A stretch of DNA of 64,000 bases from assembly GCA_035645695.1 (NCBI GenBank), contig DASQMC010000079.1, forward strand, positions 3,402 to 67,401, given 5' to 3'. Shown piece after piece: positions 11,539-22,100 of the stretch (position 1 is its first letter; each line of letters begins with the position of its first letter). Made by a program: the position numbers and the translations under genes. The DNA comes from Pyrinomonadaceae bacterium. Its GTDB lineage: Bacteria; Acidobacteriota; Blastocatellia; Pyrinomonadales; Pyrinomonadaceae. The notes below the pieces were generated by a model, which was not told where the DNA came from, did not search any database, and was given only the letters and a program-made list of their open reading frames with translations.

Positions 11539-11603
11539 CGTCTCACAGTCTCGCTGTCCGGCGCGTGTTGCCGCCCGGCCGGGGGTTTACAAACTCCGCG
11601 TGA

Positions 11604-13004
11604 GTGCGGCACACTGCGCTGCCGATGGACGACATGCCCCGAGCCTCCACTGCAAACGCGCCGCCCGCGACGCACAAACTCGCGCGCCGCCTCAATCTCT
11701 TCGACGCGACCATGCTCGTCATGGGCGGCATCGTGGGCGCGGGCATCTTCGTCAACCCGGCGGAAGTGGCGCGGCAGGTGCACACGCCCTTTCTCATTCT
11801 CGGCGCGTGGCTCGTGGGCGGGCTGATCGCGCTCGCAGGGGCGTTCGTCTACGCGGAGTTGGCGGCGCGTAGACCCGAAGTCGGAGGCCAGTATGCTTAT
11901 CTGCGCGACGCGTATCACCCGACGGTGGCATTCCTCTACGGTTGGTCGCTGCTGCTCGTCATACAGTCGGGCGGGATGGCGGCCGTCGCCATCACTTTCG
12001 CGCGCTACTTCGCCGAACTCACGCGAGCGCCTCTGCCGGAAGGCGCGCTCGCCGCGCTCGTGCTCATGCTGCTGACGGCCGTCAACTGCCTCGGCGTTCG
12101 CGCCGGCAGCAACGTGCAGAGCGCGCTGATGGTCTTGAAGATCGCGGCCATCGCCGCGCTCGTCTTCGGCGGCTGGTGGTTCTCGGGCGGGACGAACGGG
12201 TTCGCCGAGAGCACGCCAGCGCGGCATGAGCCTTTATCGTTCGATCTTTTAACCGCAATGGGCGCGGCGCTCACGCCCGTCATGTTCGCTTACGGCGGCT
12301 GGCAGACGACGAGTTTCGTCGCGGGAGAGATGCGCGACCCGCGACGCGATCTGGCGCGCGGGCTGCTGTTCGGCGTGATTGGTGTGGTGCTGCTCTACAC
12401 GGCGGTCAGTTTTGTGTGCGTGTACGCGCTCGGCGCGGAAGGTTTGGCGCAGACGAACACGCCCGCTACCGCCGTCATGCGCGGCGCGCTCGGCGAACGC
12501 GGCGCGCTCCTCATCGCGCTCGGCATCACAGTCTCGACGCTCGGCTTCCTCAGTCAAGGCATGCTCACCGCGCCCCGCGTCTATTTCGCGATGGCGGAAG
12601 ACGGATTGTTCTTCCGCCGCATCGCGCAGGTCAGCGAACGCACGCGCGTGCCGGTCTTCGCCATCGCATTGCAGGGCGCGGCGGCGATCATCATCGCGCT
12701 CTCGGGGCGCTACGGCCAGATACTCAACTACGTCGTCTCGGTCGATTTCATCTGGTTCGGGCTGACCGGGCTCTCCCTCTTCATCTTTCGCCGTCGCTCG
12801 TCACCAAGCGACGAGGCGGCCACGACGTTTCGCGTTCCCGGCCACCCTTACACCACTGCTCTCTTCGTCGCGGCCTGCTGGCTGGTCGTCCTGAGCACCG
12901 TCTACAAATATCCGGCCAACAGCATCGTCGGCTTTTTGATCGTGGCCGCGGGCATCCCGGCTTGCTACTACTGGCTGCGACGGCAAAGGAATTCCCACTT
13001 ATGA
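11604..13004 (+). CDS. APC-superfamily amino acid permease
   Basis: The N-terminal signature is LNLFDATMLVMGGIVGAGIFVNPAEVA, followed by about 12 hydrophobic segments. The exact start is uncertain (in-frame Met codons at 11604, 11625 and 11634). Confidence 0.85.
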   Translation: MRHTALPMDDMPRASTANAPPATHKLARRLNLFDATMLVMGGIVGAGIFVNPAEVARQVHTPFLILGAWLVGGLIALAGAFVYAELAARRPEVGGQYAYLRDAYHPTVAFLYGWSLLLVIQSGGMAAVAITFARYFAELTRAPLPEGALAALVLMLLTAVNCLGVRAGSNVQSALMVLKIAAIAALVFGGWWFSGGTNGFAESTPARHEPLSFDLLTAMGAALTPVMFAYGGWQTTSFVAGEMRDPRRDLARGLLFGVIGVVLLYTAVSFVCVYALGAEGLAQTNTPATAVMRGALGERGALLIALGITVSTLGFLSQGMLTAPRVYFAMAEDGLFFRRIAQVSERTRVPVFAIALQGAAAIIIALSGRYGQILNYVVSVDFIWFGLTGLSLFIFRRRSSPSDEAATTFRVPGHPYTTALFVAACWLVVLSTVYKYPANSIVGFLIVAAGIPACYYWLRRQRNSHL

Positions 13005-14110
13005 ACGAACGGCAGCGCGTGATGAGTTCCGCCTACATGCACTGGGCGAAGACGCAGACACCTGCGCCCTATAACCTCGCGACGAGCGGCGTCAACCACT
13101 ACCCGCTCGAAAGCCTGCGCGTCTCGCTCTCCGATCTCGAACTGAGCGGCACGAGCGGTTACGGCTATCCGCCGCTGCAAAAGGCCATCGCCGCCCATTG
13201 CGGCGTCGCGACAGATTCGGTCGTCGCCGCCAACGGCACTTCGATGGCGAACTTTCTCGCGATGGCCGCGCTCGTCGAACCCGGCGACGAAGTGCTCGTC
13301 GAGCAGCCCACCTACGAGTTGCTCATCTCGGCCGCGCTCTACCTCGGCGCGGAGGTGAAAAGGTTCGCGCGCCCGTTTGAATCGCAATTCCGCCTCGACC
13401 CCGCCGAAGTCGAACGCGCCATCACGCCCCGGACGCGTCTCGTCGTCGTCACGAATTTGCACAACCCTTCGAACGCTTATTCCGGCGACGACACGCTTAA
13501 ACAGATCGGCGACATCGCGGCTCGCGTGGGGGCGCGCGTCCTCGTCGATGAAGTTTATCTCGACGCCGCCTTCGCGCGTTCGCCTCGAACCGCTCAACGC
13601 CTCGGCGAACATGTCATCAGCACGGCGAGCCTGACGAAGGTCTACGGCCTCAGGGGCCTGCGCTGCGGCTGGATACTGGCCGCGCCCGCGCTGGCAGAGC
13701 GCATGTGGCGGCTCAACGACCTCTTCGGCGTCGCGCAACCGCACGCCTCGGAACGCCTCAGTTGTATCGCCTTCGCGCGCCTCCCCGAGATCGCCGCCGG
13801 CACGCGCGCCCTGCTCGAACGCAACCGCGCCCTCGCCAACAGTTTCTTCTCCACGCGCGACGACCTCGAAACTTTCCCCATCACCGACGGCATGATTTCG
13901 TTTCCGCGCCTGCGACACAACGGCAGCGCGGACTCTCTCTGCGCACTGCTGCGCGAGAAGTATGAAACGTCGCTTGTGCCGGGGAGATTTTTCGAGATGC
14001 CCGGACACTTCCGCCTCAGCATCACGGGCGACACGGAGATGTTGAGCGGCGGGCTGGAACGTCTCGGCGCGGCGTTGGACGAGATCAAGGGGCGGCCAAA
14101 CGAACAGTAG
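13001..14110 (+). CDS. Class I/II PLP-dependent aminotransferase
   Basis: The gene starts at ATG 13001 (MNERQRVMSSAYMHWAKTQTP) and overlaps the permease stop as ATGA. Aminotransferase-like motifs are present (VVVTNLHNPSNAY, LVDEVYLD, STASLTKVYGLRGLRCGW with the Schiff-base Lys context). The 5' part of the 564-aa track ORF is a shadow frame inside the permease. Confidence 0.8.
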   Translation: MNERQRVMSSAYMHWAKTQTPAPYNLATSGVNHYPLESLRVSLSDLELSGTSGYGYPPLQKAIAAHCGVATDSVVAANGTSMANFLAMAALVEPGDEVLVEQPTYELLISAALYLGAEVKRFARPFESQFRLDPAEVERAITPRTRLVVVTNLHNPSNAYSGDDTLKQIGDIAARVGARVLVDEVYLDAAFARSPRTAQRLGEHVISTASLTKVYGLRGLRCGWILAAPALAERMWRLNDLFGVAQPHASERLSCIAFARLPEIAAGTRALLERNRALANSFFSTRDDLETFPITDGMISFPRLRHNGSADSLCALLREKYETSLVPGRFFEMPGHFRLSITGDTEMLSGGLERLGAALDEIKGRPNEQ

Positions 14111-14172
14111 CCGCGAGACGAAGGCCGCCAAATGACCCGAAAGCGGCGACAGGCATTAGCCGCGAAGCGACT

Positions 14173-14417
14173 CTTAGAAGCTGTTTTGAAAGTCCCGTCA
14201 GGGACGATTGATAATAGCCCGGCACTTGAGTGCCGGGAATGGGTTGAAGAATAATGAGTGAGTCCCGTAGGGACGATTGAATGTACATCACGATTCAATC
14301 GTCCCTACGGGACTCAAGTATAAAGACACATCAACTCTCCCCGGCCATAAATGGCCGGACTATTTTCAATAGTCCCTTCGGGACAACAACAAGGTTACTT
14401 TTCAAACAGCTTCTAAG
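14173..14417. repeat. Composite nested-palindrome element (MITE/REP-like) between convergent genes
   Basis: The outer imperfect inverted repeat is cttagaagctgttttgaaagt (14173-14193) against acttttcaaacagcttctaag (14397-14417). Inside is a perfect 22-bp stem, agtcccgtagggacgattgaat / attcaatcgtccctacgggact (14271-14324). There are also 8-bp hairpins cccggcac/gtgccggg and ccggccat/atggccgg, and GTCCC-N-GGGAC mini-hairpins. Confidence 0.8.
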
Positions 14418-14462
14418 CCTCGAAGCCTCTCTTTGGCCGACCCCTTCAAGTGCCGCGCTCGC

Positions 14463-17400
14463 TTATACGTTTGATGTGCGCCCGGCGACGCTCGCCACCG
14501 CTTCGGCGAGTTCCTTTGGCGCGATGGGTTTGGCGAGATGTAGTTGAAAACCCGCGGCGAGGGCGCGGGCGCGGTCTTCTTCGCGTGCGTAGGCCGTGAG
14601 GGCGACGGCCGGTGTAGGGTTGCCGCCGACGCGCGCCGCGTCGCGCTCCCTGAGCTTTTCGATGAACGTGTAGCCGTCCTCTCCGGGCATCCCGATGTCG
14701 CTCAGGATGCAATCGAATGAACTCCTTTCCAGCGCGGCCAAAGCCTCGCTCGCAGATTCGCACGCCTCCACGGTCGCCCCGTATCGTTCCAGAGCTTTAG
14801 AGAGCAGCACGCGCGTGTCCGGTTCGTCTTCAACGACGAGTATGCGGAGTCCGCCGAGCACCGACTGTTGCTCGGAGAGTTCGGTTGCGCTTGCGTGTTG
14901 CTGCTGCTGCTGCTGTAGCGTCCGCCCGTCCACCGTCTCTGAGGGCTTCGCGAATTCGAGCAGCGGCAGACGCACCACGAAGGTCGCTCCCAGTCCCTCG
15001 CCCGCGCTCGTGGCGGAGACCGTCCCGCCGTGCAGTTCGGCGAGGTGTCGCACGATGGCGAGGCCGAGACCGAGACCGCCGTGCGTGCGCGTCGTCGTTT
15101 GATCGGCCTGGCGGAAACGGTCGAAGACGAACGGCAAAAACTCCGCTTTCAATCCCTCGCCGGTGTCCGTGACGGAAATGCGCGCCTGCCCTCCCTGCCG
15201 CCCGAGACGCACTTCGACGCTTCCGCCTTCGGGCGTGAACTTGACGGCGTTCGCCAAAAGATTCCAGATGATCTGCTGCAAGCGTTCCGCGTCTCCCGCA
15301 ACCACATTCGCCGGTTCTTCCAGCGCGAGCCTGAGCTCGATGCCCTTCGCCTGAGCCGTCGGTCGCGCCGCTTCGCACGCTTGCTCGATCACGTCCCTGA
15401 GTTCCGTGGGCTTCATTTCGAGGCGGAGCTTTCCGGTGATGATGCGCGAGGCATCGAGCAGATCGTCCACGAGTTGTTTCTGCGAGCGCGCGTTGCGCTC
15501 AATGGTTTCGAGGGCGCGGGCGGCGGTCGCTTCGTCGAACTTGACGGAGCGCAACAAATTCGTCCAACCGAGAATCGAGGTGAGGGGCGTGCGCAGTTCG
15601 TGCGAGAGCGTGGCGAGGAATTCGTCCTTGAGGCGATTGGCTTCCTGCGCCTCTTGATAGAGGCGCGCGTTGTCCACGGCGAAGGCGGCGCGGTGCGCGA
15701 GGTCTTCGGCGAGCGCGAGATCGGCAAGACCGTAGCGCCGCCCCAGCGTGGAACTGGCAAACGTGATCGCGCCGAGCGTGCGGCCGCGCGCCACGAGCGG
15801 CACGATCATCGCCGATTCGACGCCCAGTTGTCGCGCGACGCGGAAGCGCTCCACATCCTCCGGCTCCGCCGCATCTCCGGCGACCGGAGAGATTTCTTCA
15901 TAGAGCATGGACTGCCCCGTGCGGATCGCCTTCGCCGCGCCCATCGCCGCGTCCGGGTTCGGGTTTTGATGCAGGTCGTATTCCCAAGCCGATTCAGCGT
16001 TTTCCGCGTCGCCGTCATGCGTCACGGCGATGGGGCGGATCGAGCCGTCGTCGTCCACCACGTGAACGATGCACCAATCGGCGAGAAAAGGGACGCTCAG
16101 ACGCGCGACGGATTGCAGCGTCGTCTCGTAATCGAGCGAGGCGGCGACGAGCGCGCTCGCTTCGACGAGGAAGCGGCCGGATGCCTCCTGCTGTTTGCGC
16201 TCCGTGATATCCGTGAGCGTCCCGACCCATTCGCGCAGGCTCCCGTCGGCGGCGATAACGGGCACGCCGCGCACGGCGAAATCGCGGTAACGCCCGTTGC
16301 GCTGGCGCAGGCGATACTCGGTCATGTAGATGGTGCGGCTCTCGATGGCGCGCTGCCAGAGTTCGGCGGCGAGCGCGCGGTCTTCGGGGTGGACGGCATC
16401 GAGCCAGCCCTGGCCGCTCACCTCCGCCACGCTCTGCCCGGTCATCGCGCGCCACGCCGGGATGTCTTCGACGCGCCCGGCGGCATCCGTCGTCCACACC
16501 ACCTGCGCCGTCGCTGTGACGAGCGAACGATAACGGTCGAACTCGGCGTGCGCGCGTTCCTCGGCCAGGGACAACGCGCCCTCGGCGTGCTTGCGTTCGA
16601 TGAACTGGCCGAACTGGCTGCCGATGGTGTTCATCAGCGAGCGCAGTTCAGGCTCCGACGTTCGCACCTCGCGGCTGAAGAACTCCATCACGCCCAGCAC
16701 TTCCCTGCCGAGCGTGACGGGGAAACCGAAAGCCGCGCGCAGCCCTCCGCGCGCGGCCGCGGGGGCGCGCGGCATCTCCCGTTCCCGCGTTATGTCCGAA
16801 AGCCACGCCGGTTCGCCCGTCTTCCAGATGCGGCCGGGCAGACCCTCGCCGCGCGCGAACGTTATCTCGCGCGTCGTCGCCGCAAACTCGCCGGAGCCGG
16901 TCTGCGACGACGACGGCTGTTGCCTGATCTCCTGACAGCGCAGCACGCCCGCCTCCCCGTCCACGCCCCAGAACGCGCCCATCTCCCAACGCAAATTTTC
17001 GCAGACGGCTTCGAGTATTTTGCTCGCCGCTTCCGGCACGCTCGCCGCTTCGGCCAGCACGGCCGTCACGGCATGATGCGCCGCCAAGCGCCGCGCGGCG
17101 CGCTTGCGCTCCGTGATGTCGCGCGCGATGCCGGTGAAGTAGCGCGCGCCCCGCTCGATGAATTCGCCGAAGGATATTTCCAACTCGATCTCGCGCCCGT
17201 CGCGATGCCTGCCCGGAAGTTCGACGCCGCTCCAACTGATGTGGCGCGTGCCGGTCGTGAGGTAGCGTTCCAGCCCTTCGCGGTGGACGTGGCGCAGGTA
17301 ATCGGGCATCAGCAAGGTGAGGTTTTGGCCGATCAACTCGCTTACGGGATAGCCGAAAATCTTTTCGGCGGCGTGATTGATGAAGTGAATAACGCTTCCG

Positions 17401-17549
17401 GCGTCGATGATGATGATGGCGTCGGCGGCGTTCTCCGCGAAGGTGAGGAAACGGCCGTCGGCCGTCCCGGCGAAGGCTGCCGGGTCTCCCGCGTGCGCTT
17501 CGTCAGCCCCACGCGGCGAGCTTCCATCTTCCGGTAAAGGGGAGTTCAT
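14463..17549 (-). CDS. Hybrid sensor histidine kinase (PAS-GAF-PAS-GAF-HisKA-HATPase_c-REC)
   Basis: The H-box is FLATLSHELRTPLTSILGW and the G-box is GGLGLGLAIVRHLAELHGGTV. The C-terminal receiver reads RILVVEDEPDTRVLL...ILSDIGMPGEDGY...LAKPI. The PAS region reads IIIDAGSVIHFINHAAEKIFGY. ATG start at 17549. Confidence 0.9.
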   Translation of the reverse strand: MNSPLPEDGSSPRGADEAHAGDPAAFAGTADGRFLTFAENAADAIIIIDAGSVIHFINHAAEKIFGYPVSELIGQNLTLLMPDYLRHVHREGLERYLTTGTRHISWSGVELPGRHRDGREIELEISFGEFIERGARYFTGIARDITERKRAARRLAAHHAVTAVLAEAASVPEAASKILEAVCENLRWEMGAFWGVDGEAGVLRCQEIRQQPSSSQTGSGEFAATTREITFARGEGLPGRIWKTGEPAWLSDITREREMPRAPAAARGGLRAAFGFPVTLGREVLGVMEFFSREVRTSEPELRSLMNTIGSQFGQFIERKHAEGALSLAEERAHAEFDRYRSLVTATAQVVWTTDAAGRVEDIPAWRAMTGQSVAEVSGQGWLDAVHPEDRALAAELWQRAIESRTIYMTEYRLRQRNGRYRDFAVRGVPVIAADGSLREWVGTLTDITERKQQEASGRFLVEASALVAASLDYETTLQSVARLSVPFLADWCIVHVVDDDGSIRPIAVTHDGDAENAESAWEYDLHQNPNPDAAMGAAKAIRTGQSMLYEEISPVAGDAAEPEDVERFRVARQLGVESAMIVPLVARGRTLGAITFASSTLGRRYGLADLALAEDLAHRAAFAVDNARLYQEAQEANRLKDEFLATLSHELRTPLTSILGWTNLLRSVKFDEATAARALETIERNARSQKQLVDDLLDASRIITGKLRLEMKPTELRDVIEQACEAARPTAQAKGIELRLALEEPANVVAGDAERLQQIIWNLLANAVKFTPEGGSVEVRLGRQGGQARISVTDTGEGLKAEFLPFVFDRFRQADQTTTRTHGGLGLGLAIVRHLAELHGGTVSATSAGEGLGATFVVRLPLLEFAKPSETVDGRTLQQQQQQHASATELSEQQSVLGGLRILVVEDEPDTRVLLSKALERYGATVEACESASEALAALERSSFDCILSDIGMPGEDGYTFIEKLRERDAARVGGNPTPAVALTAYAREEDRARALAAGFQLHLAKPIAPKELAEAVASVAGRTSNV

Positions 17550-17640
17550 AGACGCGACCCACTGAATCCCGGCCTGTTTAAATTGATAACCGGCATGACC
17601 GATTATAGCGCACCCGTGCGGAGGAAAAGAAAGGAATGAA

Positions 17641-17734
17641 GAAGAATTGATTCATTGATTCATTGATTCATTGTTTCATTGTTTCAATATTTCTATTTCT
17701 TTATTGAATCAATGAACCGATGGATCAATTCTTC
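17641..17734. repeat. AT-rich hairpin whose arms are tandem TTCATTGA octamers
   Basis: gaagaattgattcattgattcattgattca (17641-17670) is the reverse complement of tgaatcaatgaaccgatggatcaattcttc (17705-17734) with 3 mismatches in 30. The loop holds further tttcattg copies. It lies between the glycosyltransferase stop and the kinase start. Confidence 0.8.
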
Positions 17735-17779
17735 CCTTCTCCGCCACCCATTCAATAACCGAGTGATGCTTAGAGTTGT

Positions 17780-19153
17780 TCAACCTCGAAACTTGTGCGA
17801 GACGTGTGAAGCGTGGCCGTGCAGGCGCGATTCGGCCTGCAAGTGCTGGACGTAGGAATGCTCCGTGCCGTAGAGCTTGTAGCCGCGCTCGCCGAGAAAA
17901 CGGCTCCAACGAATGTCGTAGCCGGGCGGGATGCGGCGCTTGATCTCGTCCCAGTTGGCGACGATCTCCTGCAAGGGGCGGCGCGGAAAGAGGACGCATT
18001 GCGTGCCGTAAAATTTGTGCGGGTCGATGACGGTCGAGCCGTATTCGTTGCCGGGCAGGTAGAGCGTCAGGAGACCCGTGTCGGGGTTGATGCAGAGCGA
18101 GCGCAGTTTTTCGTTGAAGCGTTTCGAGAAGATGATGTCGTCTTCGATGAACAGAACGTGGTCGCCCTCGCGCGTCTCTTCGAGGACGCGCTGGAAGGCG
18201 AAGTGGACGGCCTCCTGCACCGAGTCGTAAGTGGATAGCCCCTCCTCGCGCGCGTGGACGTAGACGGCGGCGGGCGCGAGCGCGGCGACGAGCGAAAGAT
18301 ATTTGCCCGACAGTTTCGGCGTGTGGCTGGTGTCGATGACGATGACGGGCGGCCGCAAGCCCGCGCTCACCGTGCGAAACGAGGCGACGAACTGTTCCAT
18401 CGATCCGGCGTTGCGGTCGCAGCTAAGTATCAGGGGAACGATGCGCTCGTCCGCCGAAGTGACGCGCGCCCACCAGTCCGCGCCGTACTTTTCCGCGAGC
18501 ACCGCGTTCATCTCCGCGCTTGCGCGGTTGACGTAATCCGCATAATCCGTGATCGACTTGTGCTCTTTGTGCGTGATGCGCGCGCGGTTCGTCAACACGT
18601 TCCGGAGTCCCGCCTCGCGCACGCGGTAGCCGTAATCGTAATCAACGCCCCAACCGTAGGTCAGCCGCAAGTCCCAGAAACCGAGGCGGGCGATTGTCGC
18701 GGCTTTGACGAGCGGGGCGGTGGCTTCGAGATAGGGGACGAATTGCGCCTCGCACGCGGCCTGCTCCATGAACTTGTGCGGCGAGTTGTGCTGCGGCGCG
18801 ATCTGCGCGTGGGCGTCGGACGCGAACAAGACTTCGCAGAGATTAGCGAGCACGTCGTTGCCATACTCGAAGCCCACGTCGGAGTTGAGAAACCAGTAGG
18901 CGTCGTAAGCGTCTTCGGCCGAAGCGATGAGATAGCCCTCGTGCATGCCGCGCGTAAAGCCGAGATTGTGCGGGAGCGCGTGCGTGGTCGAGGCGGGCGG
19001 CGCGTCCGAACCGTTATCCACGACATAGACTTTTTTGTTCGTGTAGCGGAGATCGTTTCTCAGGTAAGCCGCCAGCGCGTCGGTCAGCGCGCCGGTATTG
19101 AAGTTCAAGACGATGATCGCCACTTTCGGCGGCGTGCGTATCTCTTCGCTCAT
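17780..19153 (-). CDS. Glycosyltransferase, N-terminal GT2 (GT-A) domain plus a second GT-A-like domain
   Basis: KVAIIVLNFNTGALT...VYVVDNGSDAP is a typical GT2 start. The C-terminal half has a VLFIEDDIIF (DxD-like) motif. ATG start at 19153. Confidence 0.75.
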   Translation of the reverse strand: MSEEIRTPPKVAIIVLNFNTGALTDALAAYLRNDLRYTNKKVYVVDNGSDAPPASTTHALPHNLGFTRGMHEGYLIASAEDAYDAYWFLNSDVGFEYGNDVLANLCEVLFASDAHAQIAPQHNSPHKFMEQAACEAQFVPYLEATAPLVKAATIARLGFWDLRLTYGWGVDYDYGYRVREAGLRNVLTNRARITHKEHKSITDYADYVNRASAEMNAVLAEKYGADWWARVTSADERIVPLILSCDRNAGSMEQFVASFRTVSAGLRPPVIVIDTSHTPKLSGKYLSLVAALAPAAVYVHAREEGLSTYDSVQEAVHFAFQRVLEETREGDHVLFIEDDIIFSKRFNEKLRSLCINPDTGLLTLYLPGNEYGSTVIDPHKFYGTQCVLFPRRPLQEIVANWDEIKRRIPPGYDIRWSRFLGERGYKLYGTEHSYVQHLQAESRLHGHASHVSHKFRG

Positions 19154-19191
19154 GCTGCGCGTCCTCTCTCGCGACGGATTCTCAAAGGGCG

Positions 19192-22100
19192 TCAGGCCGG
19201 GACATAGACGTAAATTTTCCAGTTCATGCGGCGCGGCAGTTCATGGCGGCGGCAGGCGCGCTCGACGATGCGGTGCAGGGCGTCCTGTCGCCACCCGGCG
19301 CGCAAAAATTCGGCGTGCCACCACGCGCGCGAACGCATCGTGATGTGCGAATAGTCGCGGTCGTTTTTGCGAAACCGTCCTTCCTCGTCTTCGTTGTCGA
19401 ACGACGGGATACAGGCGACGATGGCCTGTCGCGTCCACTTGCGCGCGCGCGTGAGAAACTCGTGCGCCTGCCCCTCGGTCAAACTCTCGCAGAGGGAAAA
19501 GGCGAGCGTCAGATCGAACTCGCGTTCATATTCGACCGATTCTGCGCGGGCGAGCGTGAGGTGTGTTTTAATCGACGCCTCGGCGTGGCCGATAGCCCAC
19601 GGGCTATGGTCGAAGCCCCACGCGTCTTTGCCTCGTTCGCGCAAAGCGCGCACGAGGAAACCTTTGGCGCAGCCCGCGTCGAGGAAAGATTCGGCTTCGG
19701 GAAAACTTTCGCAGAGGTAGCTTGCCGTTCGTTTGAAGAGGTCTGAGAATAGCTGCCACGAATAGCCGCGCTCCCAGTTGCTCTTGCGCCCGTGCTCGAA
19801 GTAGTCCGCGTCGTACCAGTCGCCCTCAATCGGCACGCCGGGGGCGACGAGTCCCTGCCCTTTGCTATCGTCAGCCGTCCAGACACCGCGCGCCGCTCCG
19901 GTGCGGCCGAGCATCTCTTCGATACGCGCGCGCGCCATCTCGCCCACGCGCTCCAGCGAATAATCCTCGCGCATCTTCCGCGCGGCGCGTGCGGCCTTCG
20001 CGCGCGCCGCCTCGCGCTCATGGTAGACGCCGCGCATCAACTCCGAAGCGTGCTTGAGATCGGGTTCAGCCCAGCGCATCCGCGGATGGTAGTAACGATA
20101 AGACTGCCGCACAGGACAGAGCGTGTGGCGCACGAGTTTGTGCGCATCTTCGTCGAGGTATTCGAGCGGGCCGGAGTAGTTCGTGGCGACGACCGGCGTG
20201 CCGCGTCCGGCCGCCTCGAACAGGGGGTAACACCAGCCCTCGCCCCTGTGCAGGGAGACGTAGCAATCGCCGCGCGCGTGCAGGGCTTCGATACGCGCCT
20301 CCGGCCACGCCTCGCCGTGAATAAGAACGCGCGCGTTCGACCCCGTCCGCCGACGTAATTCTTCCAACGCCCCCGCGGCGACGTGGGACGCCTCCGCATT
20401 CACTTTCAAGACGAGCACGGCGTCAGGCTCCTCCGGGAAAGCGCGCAGGAAACTCTCGATCAACCCTTGCGGACTTTTGCGCTCCTGCCAGTGGAAGATG
20501 CTGTAAAAGACGAAATCACGCGCATCGATGCCGGGAAAATCGTAGGTGTCGTCCGCCGCCGTTTGAGGAGGCACGAGCGCGTGCGGGAGTTTGAAGATCG
20601 CTTTGTCGAGCGACTTGCCGAAGACCGAGACGTTGTAATCGCAGGGCAGCCAGATTTCGCGCACGCGCCCGAGCGCGCCGCGCCATTCGGTGGGCATCGC
20701 GTCGGTTTCCCAGACGGTCATGCCGATTGCGTTTTCGACCCCGGCGGCATGGCGCGCCCATTGCGGCGGGATGCCGTGGAAGAGATGCACGTCGCCCTTC
20801 ACGCCTCGGCCGACGCGCGACTCGACGAGTGCGTCGCGCACCTGTCGCGGGCGTCCGGCCGCCATGTCGATCACGGAGAGTTCTATGCCCGCGCGGTGCA
20901 TCGCGTGGATGTAGCCGCGCGCGGCCTGCCCGTAGCCCGACGCGTCGAACACGTAGCCGTAATAGACGAGACTGAGATCGCCCGCGCTCGTTGCCCGGCG
21001 CGACGCACCGACGCGCTCCGGCGGACGATGGGCGGCAAACGGCGCGGGCGTATCTCGTGCGTGGTCGTCTACGGAAACCGCAAGTTGTGAAGCGTGGTCG
21101 TCCACGGCGGCCACGAGTTGCAAAGTCGCGCGCGGCGCGGCGTCGGGCGCGAGGGCGTTTTGTTTGACCTGTTCCATCACCTCTTCCGCCGAGAGGGTCT
21201 TCAGGCACGCGAGATGTTGTTCGCAGTCGCGTCGCCCCCACGGTTGTTTCCTGCACGCCGCCTCGCACGCGAGTTTTTTCGTCACGGCGAACATCTTCCT
21301 CGAAGGGATCATTTCCCGTTCGGGACTCGTGATGCCGAACACGCCGAACGTCGGCGTGCCGACGGCGACGCCTAGGTGCATCAACCCCGAATCGTTCGCC
21401 ACGAGCGCGGCGCATTGCCGGATGAGGGCGGCCGTGTCGGGCAGGTCGAGCGCGTCTGTGAAGTTGCGCGCGTGCGCGGGCCAGGCGAAGGCTTTGCGAA
21501 AGTAGGTCGCGGCGTTGTCGAGGTCGGACTCCGTCCCGATGATGGCGACCTCCGGCCAGAGACGCGCCAACTCGTCGAAGCCGTGCCATTTCTTCCACGG
21601 CCAATCCGGTTTGCAGCCGGGATGCAGCGCAAGCGTACGGGGCGGCAGGTCGAACTTTCTGCCCGAGGCAACGGCGAAAGGCTCGGGCAATTCGTCCTTC
21701 CAGCCCAACTCGCGCGCCATCCGCCCGACGCAGGCGATGTCGCCCGCCTTCAACCATTCCGCCTGATTAAAAGCGAGCACGCGCTTCGCACGCACCCAGC
21801 GGCGCAATGGCGCGCTCCACTGCGTGAACGTCGCGACCTCGTAGGATTCATTCGCCAGAGCGGCGACGGGCAGGCCGCCCCGGTTGCCGCGAAAATTTTG
21901 ATAATGGATGAGGCGTCGAATGCCTTGCGCGTTCTCCCACAACTTCACGCACTCCGGGTAGTCGGGCGCGACGAGCAGATCGACCTGATAGCCGAGACGC
22001 GCGAGCGCGCTCGCAAGCGGCGTCACGCGCAGGATGTCACCGATGCCATAGGCCGCCGAAACGAGAGCCGCGGGAGCGTCAGCGCTAAGCGCGCGCGGTT

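Noticed and set aside
12416-13000. The 5' 585 nt of the 564-aa ORF 12416..14110.
   Set aside because: This part lies in an alternative frame inside the permease and translates to Arg-rich nonsense. The aminotransferase begins at ATG 13001.
15030-17537. An 835-aa plus-strand ORF. Similar long ORFs were also seen: 92..1237 (+), 6302..7903 (+), 12968..14131 (-), 23875..26331 (+), 26972..29173 (+), 39085..41043 (+), 53252..55300 (+), 38015..39196 (-) and 35288..36289 (-).
   Set aside because: All lie antisense to, or out of frame within, genes with strong family signatures. Their translations are Arg/Ala/Gly/Pro-rich with no motifs. This is typical of shadow ORFs in high-GC DNA.
17600-17760. An AT-rich block considered as a promoter UP-element or replication-origin-like DnaA-box cluster.
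   Set aside because: I recognised no DnaA-box consensus, and no dnaA/dnaN genes are nearby. The periodic TTCATTGA units form an inverted repeat like the other hairpin elements.
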